Position numbers and translations under genes: made by a program. Shown here piece by piece: positions 1 through 7,903 of a stretch of 64,000 nt of DNA. How positions within the stretch are numbered: position 1 is the first letter of the stretch; each line of letters begins with the position of its first letter. The notes below the pieces were generated by a model. That model did no database searches. It worked only from the letters and a program-made list of their open reading frames with translations, and was not told where the DNA came from. Source of the DNA: SAR86 cluster bacterium SAR86B (GTDB lineage: Bacteria; Pseudomonadota; Gammaproteobacteria; Magnimaribacterales; D2472); contig CAJJAC010000007.1 of assembly GCA_905181955.1 (NCBI GenBank), forward strand, positions 130,418-194,417, written 5' to 3'.

Positions 1-275
1 TATCAATATTAATTTTAGTTCTTTTATATAATCTACTTATTAGCTCTAATGGTTATGAGGAAAGAGAAAATTTAATGGATGAAAATACCGAGCTATCTCT
101 TAGAAACGGCACTTTAAGGGACAGTAATGAAGAATTAAGATTTGAGATTATTAATGCACAAGATAGCGAAGAGCATATTGAAAATTATGCTAGAGAAAAT
201 TTAAATCTTTCAATGCCAAATGAGAAATTTATAAAATTTAATGAAAAAGACCCAATAGCAGAAGATGAAAAATAA
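1..275 (+). CDS. ftsB: Cell division protein FtsB, 5' end cut by window edge
   Basis: Frame 3 is open from the window edge (SILILVLLYNLLISSNGYEEREN then MDEN...). It shows a hydrophobic anchor, a coiled-coil stretch, then ENYARENLNLSMPNEKFIKF, which resembles E. coli FtsB ERARNELSMVRPGETFYRL. It lies directly upstream of ispD as in gammaproteobacteria. The ATG at 75 in the ORF track is probably internal. Confidence 0.6.
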   Translation, partial: SILILVLLYNLLISSNGYEERENLMDENTELSLRNGTLRDSNEELRFEIINAQDSEEHIENYARENLNLSMPNEKFIKFNEKDPIAEDEK

Positions 276-1413
276 TATTTTAGCCATTATCCCTGCTGCA
301 GGAATAGGAGAAAGGTTTTCATCGGAACAACCTAAACAATACTCTCAAATTGACCAATCAACTCTAATTGAAAAAACTATTTCAGTTTTCCTATCTTCTG
401 AATTAATTTCTAAAATTATTATTCCTATCCATAAGAATGATCAATTTATTAAAGATCAAGACTTTTACAATGATCCAAAGATTCATTTAATTGAAGGAGG
501 GAAAACTAGAGCTATTTCAGTTCTAAATGCCCTTAAGAGTGAAGTATTAGATAATTATGACTATGTATTAACGCATGATGTAGCTAGACCTAATATTGAG
601 GCCAAAGATATTAAATTGCTATTAGATAAAATTCAAAATGATAAATCAGACTGCTCATTTTTTTATACACCCGTTAGAGAATCTATTAAAAAATTCTCTC
701 TTAAACAAGATGTAACAGTTAATAAAGATGACTATTATTTAGTTCAAACACCTCAAATTTGTGATGCTAAGAAGCTTTTATCTGCTTTAACATTATGTGT
801 CGATGAGGGTATTAATATTCCTGATGAATCTTTTGTGATGGAGAGGATGAATTATTCAGTTTCAAAAATTAAAGGAAGTTCGGCTAACATTAAGGTTACA
901 TATCCAGAAGATATTGATCTTTTAAGAAAATTTAATACAAGAACAGGAACTGGTTTTGATTTACATACCTATAAACCAGGCAATGGAATTATTTTAGGTG
1001 GGTGTTTTATTGAATGTGATCATTCGATTAATGCGCACTCTGATGGTGACGTCCTTTTGCATTCTATTGCTGATGCAATATTAGGTGCGAGCGCTCTTGG
1101 TGATATAGGAATCTTTTTTGCAGATACAGATACTGCCAATAAGAATTTAGATAGTAAAACCATTATTGATTTTTGTATTAATAAAATTTCTAAATTAGGA
1201 TTAGAAATATTTAATATTGATGCAACTATAATTTGTGAGACACCTAAAATATCACCATTCAGGGATGCTATTGTTAATTCACTTTCAGAAATACTGATAT
1301 TAGATCCATCAAATATTGGGCTAAAAGCCACAACCTCAGAAAAGATTGGTATTATTGGCAAAAATAAAGCCATAGCTGTGCAAACTTCAGTAAACCTTAT
1401 AAATAAAAAATGA
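265..1413 (+). CDS. ispDF: Bifunctional 2-C-methyl-D-erythritol 4-phosphate cytidylyltransferase / MEcPP synthase (IspD-IspF fusion)
   Basis: Single 382-aa ORF. The N-terminal half has ILAIIPAAGIGERFSSEQPKQY (IspD motif). The C-terminal half has GTGFDLHTY...AHSDGDVLLHSIADAILGASALGDIG...DTD (IspF motifs). Confidence 0.9.
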   Translation: MKNNILAIIPAAGIGERFSSEQPKQYSQIDQSTLIEKTISVFLSSELISKIIIPIHKNDQFIKDQDFYNDPKIHLIEGGKTRAISVLNALKSEVLDNYDYVLTHDVARPNIEAKDIKLLLDKIQNDKSDCSFFYTPVRESIKKFSLKQDVTVNKDDYYLVQTPQICDAKKLLSALTLCVDEGINIPDESFVMERMNYSVSKIKGSSANIKVTYPEDIDLLRKFNTRTGTGFDLHTYKPGNGIILGGCFIECDHSINAHSDGDVLLHSIADAILGASALGDIGIFFADTDTANKNLDSKTIIDFCINKISKLGLEIFNIDATIICETPKISPFRDAIVNSLSEILILDPSNIGLKATTSEKIGIIGKNKAIAVQTSVNLINKK

Positions 1414-2159
1414 AAATATTACTAACTAACGATGATGGGTATGATGCTCCAAATATTAAGAACTTATTTAAAGCTCTATCTAAAGACCATGAAGTCTGGA
1501 TAGTTGCTCCAGCTAATAATTGTAGCGGCATGAGTGCAGCGATTTCTTTTTTAAAAGAAACTGAAATAAAGAAAATTAATGAATACACCTATGCTGTAGA
1601 TGGCACTCCAGCTGATTGTACTTATTTTGGACTTTTATGTGTTCTAGGTTTTGAGCCTGATATGGTTGTATCCGGTATCAATCATGGTGCAAATCTTGGT
1701 AATGATGTTTTATATTCAGGCACTGTTGGTGCGGCAGTTGGTGGAAGAAGTTTAAAGTTTCCTCCTGTTGCAATATCTGTAGCCTCTTATGATGCGGTAG
1801 ATCCAGAATATATAGCAAATAAATCTGCTGAAATTATAAATACAATTTTTTTAAATCCTGAAGATATACAAAATAAAGTAATTAATATTAATTTCCCTGA
1901 TTTAGTTGAGTCCGAAGTTAAGGGAACTAAATTTACAAGGCTTTCAAGAAGAGGGATTCCAACTAAACCAACTGAGATATCTTCCTCATCTAATTCAAAA
2001 ACCTATAGATACAATCTTCAAGGTGAAGCAATTAAAGAATCTTATCTTTCAGATGTTGAAGCAGTTCAATCGGGTTATATTTCACTATCAATTTTAGATT
2101 ACAACTTAACTAAAGCTGAAGAAGATACTAATCTTGTAAGGATACTTTGTAGTGAGTAA
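1410..2159 (+). CDS. surE: 5'/3'-nucleotidase SurE
   Basis: MKILLTNDDGYDAP N-terminus and SGINHGANLGNDVLYSGTVGAA motif. ATGA overlap with ispDF. Conserved surE-pcm order. Confidence 0.92.
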   Translation: MKILLTNDDGYDAPNIKNLFKALSKDHEVWIVAPANNCSGMSAAISFLKETEIKKINEYTYAVDGTPADCTYFGLLCVLGFEPDMVVSGINHGANLGNDVLYSGTVGAAVGGRSLKFPPVAISVASYDAVDPEYIANKSAEIINTIFLNPEDIQNKVININFPDLVESEVKGTKFTRLSRRGIPTKPTEISSSSNSKTYRYNLQGEAIKESYLSDVEAVQSGYISLSILDYNLTKAEEDTNLVRILCSE

Positions 2160-2829
2160 TTCTGGATTTACATTTAGACGAGTAAGAGAGGAGATGATTG
2201 AAAACTTGCTTGAAATGGGAATAAAAGATTTTAGAGTTCTTGATGTAATGGCTCAGATTCCAAGACATATTTTTATCGATGAAGCTTTGAGATCAAGAGC
2301 TTATGAAAATAGGTCCCTAACTATTGGCTATCAACAGACTATTTCACAGCCATATATTGTTGCGAAGATGACAGAATTATTAATATCTCATACTGGCGGA
2401 AGAGGTCATATTTTTAAAAATATTCTTGAATTAGGATCAGGATGTGGTTATCAATCTGCTGTATTGTCTTATTTTTCTGAAGAAGTAAATGCAATAGAGA
2501 GAATAAAGCCTTTAGTAAGCAAATCCAGAGAAAATCTTAGTGAGTTAAAGATATTTAATGTTGTAGTTAAGCATGGAGATGGTTATCAGGACTGGGACCC
2601 AGATAAGAAATATGAAGGGATAATATGCGCTGCTGCTCCTAGAGCTTTTCCAGAAGAATTACTTGAATGCTCTTTAGTAAACTCTAAGATTGTAATGCCT
2701 ATTGGGAACTCAAAAGAACAGAAATTGCTTGTGGTAACTAAAACAACAGATGGGTTTGATGAAGAATTCTATGATGATGTTTCATTTGTGCCCATGCTTC
2801 CAGGTAAATCACTTGATGGGACTAACTAA
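2152..2829 (+). CDS. pcm: Protein-L-isoaspartate O-methyltransferase
   Basis: QTISQPYIVAKMTELL and SAM-binding ILELGSGCGYQSAVL motifs. GTG start at 2152 overlaps the surE stop. Alignment with the E. coli Pcm N-terminus (SRRVQALLDQL) requires a start upstream of RRVREEM. Confidence 0.9.
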   Translation: MSNSGFTFRRVREEMIENLLEMGIKDFRVLDVMAQIPRHIFIDEALRSRAYENRSLTIGYQQTISQPYIVAKMTELLISHTGGRGHIFKNILELGSGCGYQSAVLSYFSEEVNAIERIKPLVSKSRENLSELKIFNVVVKHGDGYQDWDPDKKYEGIICAAAPRAFPEELLECSLVNSKIVMPIGNSKEQKLLVVTKTTDGFDEEFYDDVSFVPMLPGKSLDGTN

Positions 2830-3551
2830 TGAGTGAAAGATTAAAATATGTTTTAGCTGGTTCCTGTGTCGGTTTTGCTGAACTTTTACCAGGAATTTCA
2901 GGTTCAACAGTTGCAATATTTTTTGGTATTTATGAAAAAATAATTAAAGTTTTAAGTGAAATAAGATTTAAAAACATAACCTTAGACTTAAAAAAGCTTA
3001 ATAATATATTTTCTTTAGAGTTAATGGTTCCATTTATTATCTCCATGATTATAAGTGTATTAATTTTCTCCAATTTTATTTTATTTTTACATAATGAATT
3101 TACATTAATATTTAATATTACTCTTGGATTAATAATGATTATTGGTGGCTACCTTTTAGCGCACGCAGAGGTGATTAAGTTTAAGTTAGATTCTCTTGGT
3201 TTTTATATATTAGGCTTTATCACAAGCTTCGCGCTGACCACTATATCCAACAACTCCATTGATATTAATTTTATAAATTTAATTCTTGCAGGGTTTGTTG
3301 CTTTTTCATTCTTTCTTATTCCTGGTATTTCAGGAAGTGCCATTCTTCTAGTTTTTGGACTTTACACAACTATTATTGAATCAGTAGCTAATTTGAACTT
3401 TACAGTGTTAACCCCTTTTGCTATTGGTGCGTCAATTTCTCTTTTAGTAATGCCCAAAGCTATTTCTTATCTTTTTGAACAATTTAGAGAATTTATAATT
3501 GTTTTCTTTAGTGGATTAATTATTGGTACTGGCCTAATCCTTCTTTTTTAA
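2829..3551 (+). CDS. DUF368 family membrane protein (family recently linked to undecaprenyl-phosphate translocation)
   Basis: Polytopic hydrophobic 240-aa ORF with the duplicated signature LLPGISGSTVAIFFG / LIPGISGSAILLVFG typical of DUF368. TAATG junctions on both sides. Confidence 0.8.
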   Translation: MSERLKYVLAGSCVGFAELLPGISGSTVAIFFGIYEKIIKVLSEIRFKNITLDLKKLNNIFSLELMVPFIISMIISVLIFSNFILFLHNEFTLIFNITLGLIMIIGGYLLAHAEVIKFKLDSLGFYILGFITSFALTTISNNSIDINFINLILAGFVAFSFFLIPGISGSAILLVFGLYTTIIESVANLNFTVLTPFAIGASISLLVMPKAISYLFEQFREFIIVFFSGLIIGTGLILLF

Positions 3552-4186
3552 TGAAAAAACTGGCCTCATTATTCTTAATAAGTTTTATGTTTTCTTCATG
3601 CTCATCATTAGAGCAATCAATTGATCAACTTTACAAAGAGGTTAGAGCATCTTCTCAATACATTGTTAAAGAAAATGAAACTTTGTGGTCTATAGCTATT
3701 AAAAATAATTCAAGCGCTTCAAAGATTGCTATTAAAAATAATTTAGAAAAGCCATATGTAATATATCCAGGTCAAAAACTTAACCTTACAAATCTTGAAT
3801 TAATTAGTGCTAAAGAGATCGATGTTAAATCTATCAATTGGATACTACCGACAAAATCAACAATCAAAAGAGATAGAGACGGCAATTTTTGGTTTATCTT
3901 TAATGGCAAAGTTGGAGATCCAATTTATGCTAGTAGAAAAGGTAAGGTTGTTTTATCCGGCCCAGTACTCCCAGGATATGGCAATTTTATTATGTTAGAC
4001 CATGGTGATGATTATTTAAGTCTCTATGCTCATTGTAATGATCTGTTTATAGCTAAAGGGGAAGAGGTTTCTTCCGGACAGCAGATAGCTACTATTGGTT
4101 CATCAGAGATAGACAAGCCAACCCTAAAATTTCAAATAAGAAAATCTGGAGTACCAATAAAAATTTCAGATGTAGAATTTAATTAA
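3551..4186 (+). CDS. nlpD: LysM/LytM (M23-like) lipoprotein, NlpD-type amidase activator
   Basis: Signal peptide with lipobox (MFSSC). LysM segment ([17 protein letters not shown]...YPGQKLNL). C-terminal M23 fold ([19 protein letters not shown]...[10 protein letters not shown]) in which the terminal HxH catalytic motif is not evident (PTLKFQIRK). Position after pcm as in E. coli. Confidence 0.8.
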   Translation: MKKLASLFLISFMFSSCSSLEQSIDQLYKEVRASSQYIVKENETLWSIAIKNNSSASKIAIKNNLEKPYVIYPGQKLNLTNLELISAKEIDVKSINWILPTKSTIKRDRDGNFWFIFNGKVGDPIYASRKGKVVLSGPVLPGYGNFIMLDHGDDYLSLYAHCNDLFIAKGEEVSSGQQIATIGSSEIDKPTLKFQIRKSGVPIKISDVEFN

Positions 4187-4505
4187 GGTTTAAAAAAACT
4201 TTTTTATCTTTAATATTTTTATATTTCTCAGATTCAGGAAGAGGTTCTTTGGCTTCAGTTATATTTTCATATACTTCAGCAAGTTTTGCATTAATTTCTA
4301 TAAACTCAATCTGATCATTGGGGAGCTCATCGTCAGAAAAAATAGCATCTATAGGACACTCTGGAACACAAAGACCACAATCAATACATTCGTCTGGATG
4401 GATTACCAAAAAATTTGGACCTTCATAAAAACAATCTACAGGGCATACTTCGACACAGTCGGTAAGTTTGCATTTTATGCAGGGCTCTGTAACAACGAAT
4501 GCCAT
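4179..4505 (-). CDS. fdxA: 7Fe (3Fe-4S/4Fe-4S) ferredoxin, Azotobacter FdxA type
   Basis: [26 protein letters not shown] ... [12 protein letters not shown] cysteine pattern in a 108-aa ORF. Its stop overlaps the nlpD 3' end by 8 nt. Confidence 0.88.
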   Translation of the reverse strand: MAFVVTEPCIKCKLTDCVEVCPVDCFYEGPNFLVIHPDECIDCGLCVPECPIDAIFSDDELPNDQIEFIEINAKLAEVYENITEAKEPLPESEKYKNIKDKKVFLNLN

Positions 4506-4590
4506 AAATAATTTTCAAAGAAAAATTGATTTTAACGTACATAAAAACAAAATTATAGAATAGTATTTGATTTATGAGGTTTTTCTATTA

Positions 4591-4610
4591 TACTGTATAA
4601 ACATACAGTA
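4591..4610 (+). promoter_or_regulatory. LexA (SOS) box upstream of recA
   Basis: TACTGTATAAACATACAGTA is CTGT-N8-ACAG with the palindromic arms TACTGTAT/ATACAGTA of the gammaproteobacterial consensus TACTGTATATATATACAGTA. It is immediately followed by AGGAG (4611-4615) and the recA ATG (4621). Confidence 0.8.
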
Positions 4611-4620
4611 AGGAGTTATT

Positions 4621-5631
4621 ATGGCTACAGACAAAAAAACAGATCTAAAAGAAACCCTAAGTCAGATTGAAAAACAGTTTGGTAAAGGTACAGTAATGAG
4701 AATGGGGGATAAAGAAATTCTTGATATTCCTTCTATATCAACAGGCTCAGTTGGCTTGGATATAGCGCTAGGTATTGGTGGCATTCCTCAGGGAAGAGTT
4801 ACTGAGATATATGGACCTGAATCATCAGGTAAAACTACATTAACATTACAGATTATTGCTGAATGCCAAAAAAAAGGTGGAACAGCTGCATTTATTGATG
4901 CAGAGCACGCACTTGATCCTCAATATGCAGGAAAGCTTGGTGTGAACGTAGACGACTTACTTTTATCACAACCTGATACTGGAGAGCAGGCATTAGAAGT
5001 AGCAGATATGTTAGTTAAATCAAATGCTGTTGATTTAGTTGTAATTGATTCTGTAGCAGCACTTGTCCCAAGAGCAGAGATTGAAGGAGAGATGGGAGAT
5101 CATCATGTTGGACTTCAAGCGAGATTAATGTCACAGGCTTTAAGAAAGATAACTGGAAATATCCAGCGCTCTGGAGCAACTGTAATTTTTATAAACCAGA
5201 TTCGTATGAAAATAGGAGTTATGTTTGGAAGTCCTGAGACAACAACTGGTGGAAATGCTCTTAAATTTTATTCATCAGTAAGACTAGATATCAGAAGAAT
5301 TGGTGCTGTCAAAGAGGGTGATGAGGTTATAGGAAATGAAACAAGGGTAAAAGTCGTTAAGAATAAGGTTTCACCTCCATTTAGACAGGCAGAATTCCAA
5401 ATTATGTATGGTCTAGGAATTAATTCAGAGGGTGAAATTTTAGACTTCGGTCAAAAATTAGGTGTTATAGAAAAAGCTGGATCTTGGTATAGCCATAATG
5501 GAGAAAAAATAGGCCAAGGAAAAGTTAATGCAAGTACATTCTTAAAAGAAAATACAGCAATAAGAGATGCTTTACTTAAAGATATTAGGGCTGAATATAT
5601 TGTTTCAAGCGCAAAACCTATCAAGAAATAA
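4621..5631 (+). CDS. recA: Recombinase RecA
   Basis: Walker [13 protein letters not shown], then IDAEHALDP and [21 protein letters not shown]. Typical length (336 aa). LexA box upstream. Confidence 0.97.
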   Translation: MATDKKTDLKETLSQIEKQFGKGTVMRMGDKEILDIPSISTGSVGLDIALGIGGIPQGRVTEIYGPESSGKTTLTLQIIAECQKKGGTAAFIDAEHALDPQYAGKLGVNVDDLLLSQPDTGEQALEVADMLVKSNAVDLVVIDSVAALVPRAEIEGEMGDHHVGLQARLMSQALRKITGNIQRSGATVIFINQIRMKIGVMFGSPETTTGGNALKFYSSVRLDIRRIGAVKEGDEVIGNETRVKVVKNKVSPPFRQAEFQIMYGLGINSEGEILDFGQKLGVIEKAGSWYSHNGEKIGQGKVNASTFLKENTAIRDALLKDIRAEYIVSSAKPIKK

Positions 5632-5703
5632 ATATTAAACATTGGCATTTATCCTCACTTTAGATTAGCATTATCACTAATTTAAAGTGGAGATTTTTGT
5701 TAC

Positions 5704-6885
5704 ATGATTTCAAATAATGCATATATCGTAAGCGCAGTCAGAACAGCTGGCGGCAAAAAGAATGGAAAGTTGAGTGGCTGGCATCCAGCAGATTTAGGAG
5801 CTAAAGTTTTAGATGAATTAGTTCTTCAGACAGGTATAGATCCAAAAGATATTGATGATGTTATTTTTGGTTGTGTTGACCAGGTAGGAGCACAGTCAGG
5901 AAATCTTGCACGAAATGCTGTTCTTGCATCAAGTCTCCCAGAATCCGTTCCAGGCACTACAATTGATAGACAGTGTGGTTCTTCTCAGCAAGCAATTCAC
6001 TTTGCAGCTCAAGCTGTTATGTCAGGCACACAAGATATAGTAATAGCTGGCGGGGTAGAAGCTATGTCAATGGTTCCAATTGGCGCAAGTGTAAAAGATG
6101 GCTTCGATGCTGGTCATGGTTTTCCTTTTAATGCAGATGGTATTGCCACAAGATATCCTGGTGTATTTTTCTCACAATTCACAGGTGCTGAATTGGTTGC
6201 TGACAAATGGAAGCTGTCCAGAGAAGCTCTAGACTCTTTTGCTTTAGAAAGTCATCAGAAAGCTAAACACGCTACTGAAATGAAATATTTTGATTTAGAA
6301 ATATTACCTCTAGCAGGTAAAAATGAACATAACGACACTGACATGGTTCTTGCAGATGAGGGCATTAGATTTGATGCCTCTCTTGAAGCTCTTGCTGGTC
6401 TTAAAACAGTTGTTGAAGGTGGTGTAATAACTGCTGGGAATGCCAGTCAGATTACTGATGGTGCAGCAGCGATAATGATTTGCAATGACGAAGGTCTTAA
6501 AAAAATCAAGTCTGATCCTAGAGCAAAGATTACAGCATTATCCGTAGTCGGCGATGACCCTGTTTTCATGTTAACTGGCCCAATTCCTGCATCACATAAA
6601 GTATTAGCTCGAGCAAACTTAACCATTGATGATATGGATCTTTATGAAGTGAACGAAGCATTTGCTCCAGTACCATTAGCTTGGGCTACCGAACTTAACG
6701 CTGATATGACTAAGCTTAACGTTAACGGTGGTGCTATGGCTCTTGGACACCCGCTGGGTGCAACTGGAGCTAAATTAATGACTACTATGCTTCATGAGCT
6801 TGAAAGAAGAAAAGGTAAATATGCACTTCAAGCTATATGTGAAGGCGGCGGAACAGCAAACGCCACAATTATAGAAAGGTTATAG
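5704..6885 (+). CDS. Acetyl-CoA C-acyl/acetyltransferase (thiolase family)
   Basis: Active-site region DRQCGSSQQAI, then NVNGGAMALGHPLGATG and C-terminal ICEGGGTANA. 393 aa, typical thiolase size. Confidence 0.88.
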   Translation: MISNNAYIVSAVRTAGGKKNGKLSGWHPADLGAKVLDELVLQTGIDPKDIDDVIFGCVDQVGAQSGNLARNAVLASSLPESVPGTTIDRQCGSSQQAIHFAAQAVMSGTQDIVIAGGVEAMSMVPIGASVKDGFDAGHGFPFNADGIATRYPGVFFSQFTGAELVADKWKLSREALDSFALESHQKAKHATEMKYFDLEILPLAGKNEHNDTDMVLADEGIRFDASLEALAGLKTVVEGGVITAGNASQITDGAAAIMICNDEGLKKIKSDPRAKITALSVVGDDPVFMLTGPIPASHKVLARANLTIDDMDLYEVNEAFAPVPLAWATELNADMTKLNVNGGAMALGHPLGATGAKLMTTMLHELERRKGKYALQAICEGGGTANATIIERL

Positions 6886-6895
6886 ATTTTAATTA

Positions 6896-6939
6896 ATTTA
6901 TTGACATAAATTCTTACATCTAATATATTGACATAAATT
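6896..6939 (+). promoter_or_regulatory. Tandem 17-mer repeat carrying two TTGACA hexamers (candidate sigma70 promoter or operator pair)
   Basis: ATTTATTGACATAAATT (6896-6912) and ATATATTGACATAAATT (6923-6939) match at 16 of 17 positions. TTGACA at 6901-6906 is followed by a 17-nt spacer and TATATT at 6924-6929, which is a near-consensus promoter. The second TTGACA (6928-6933) overlaps that -10 element. Confidence 0.45.
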
Positions 6940-6997
6940 ATGCCAATAGATTAATTTATGATAGCTTTTATATTAGACTCTAAAAAATCTCATAATC

Positions 6998-7009
6998 CTT
7001 CGATCGAAG
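6998..7009. promoter_or_regulatory. Perfect 12-bp palindrome CTTCGATCGAAG in the leader of the 7058 gene (possible operator)
   Basis: CTTCGATCGAAG equals its own reverse complement. It is GC-containing in an otherwise AT-only spacer, about 50 nt upstream of the ATG at 7058 and downstream of the promoter-like repeat. Confidence 0.3.
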
Positions 7010-7057
7010 TAAGGAATATGTATTTTGATTTAAAGAATAAAAAAGGAAAAAATTAAT

Positions 7058-7870
7058 ATGACAATGATAAAAAGAGATCCTTCGTTTGAATTGAAGCAAT
7101 ACCTATCTTCAAATTGGGCAAACGATGACGCATTCTTAACTGCAGTTTTTAATTCTTTAAGTATCAGTTTTCCAAAAGGCGAGAAGTTTTTTATGAATAG
7201 TGTTCGTGCATTTAAAGACGAAGTGAACACAGAGATGTCCGAAGCGATTCGTATGTTCTGCATACAAGAGGCAACACATACGAGAGAACACATCAAATAC
7301 AACAAACTATTATGTGAACTCAAGGGGTATGACTTTGAAGAGTTAGAAAGCATATTTGCAAGAAAACTTGAAAAATCTTATTCAGATAAAGTAGACAACA
7401 AAATGCGATTAGCAATCACAACTGCAATGGAACATATTACTGCATCAATGGGTGCAAGCATATTAAAAGGTAATCTTGTTAAGTCAGACAATCCAGTAGC
7501 AGATATGTGGAAGTGGCATAGTTTAGAAGAAGTAGAACATAAAGCAGTTGCATACGATGTTTATAAAGCAGTAAATGGTTCAGATAGAATAATGAAGATT
7601 GTAATGAGATATGCATTGATTGATATGATTCATGCAAATACAAGAGTTGCAATCAAGATGTTAAGACATGACAAACAATTCTGGAAACTATCTACATTTC
7701 AAAGCATGTTCAAATTCTTCTTTTCAAAGAAAGGAGCATTAAGAATGAATTATGCAGACTATAAATTATTTTTTGACAAAGACTTTAACCCACAAAGACA
7801 TGGCAATGATCTGGACTTAACACCTTGGAAAGAGAAATTTAGTTCTAACGAACCCATTCTAGGTAAATGA
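7058..7870 (+). CDS. 'Predicted metal-dependent hydrolase' family protein (Metal_hydrol-like) with two ExxH motifs
   Basis: 270-aa ORF with an AAGGA Shine-Dalgarno sequence (SD) 10 nt upstream. Motifs IQEATHTREH and HSLEEVEHKAVAYDVY, plus AMEHITAS. Family assignment is from memory of similar annotated proteins and is not verified. Confidence 0.65.
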   Translation: MTMIKRDPSFELKQYLSSNWANDDAFLTAVFNSLSISFPKGEKFFMNSVRAFKDEVNTEMSEAIRMFCIQEATHTREHIKYNKLLCELKGYDFEELESIFARKLEKSYSDKVDNKMRLAITTAMEHITASMGASILKGNLVKSDNPVADMWKWHSLEEVEHKAVAYDVYKAVNGSDRIMKIVMRYALIDMIHANTRVAIKMLRHDKQFWKLSTFQSMFKFFFSKKGALRMNYADYKLFFDKDFNPQRHGNDLDLTPWKEKFSSNEPILGK

Positions 7871-7903
7871 TATTTAATTAGATACTGTACTATATTGATA
7901 TCC

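Noticed and set aside
1020-1373. Antisense or out-of-frame ORFs of 60-154 aa lie inside well-supported genes. Examples are 1020-1373(-), 16167-16460(-), 26954-27256(-), 37271-37735(-), 44874-45161(-), 46721-47029(-), 62274-62582(-) and 59409-59594(+).
   Set aside because: Each lies entirely within a conserved gene on the other strand or in another frame. Their composition is low-complexity (Ser/Ile/Leu/Phe-rich), typical of reverse-frame translation of AT-rich coding DNA. None has recognisable motifs or an SD.
5656-5700. A possible recA terminator hairpin, CACTTTA...TAAAGTG, followed by GAGATTTTTGT.
   Set aside because: It has a 7-bp A/T-rich stem with a 20-nt loop and an interrupted T-tract, which is too weak to call. 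Read-through into the thiolase gene cannot be excluded.
7883-7900. A LexA-like half site, TACTGTACTATATTGATA, just upstream of the DUF3604 gene.
   Set aside because: It has CTGT-N8-GATA, not ACAG. Only one arm matches, so it is not a credible SOS box.
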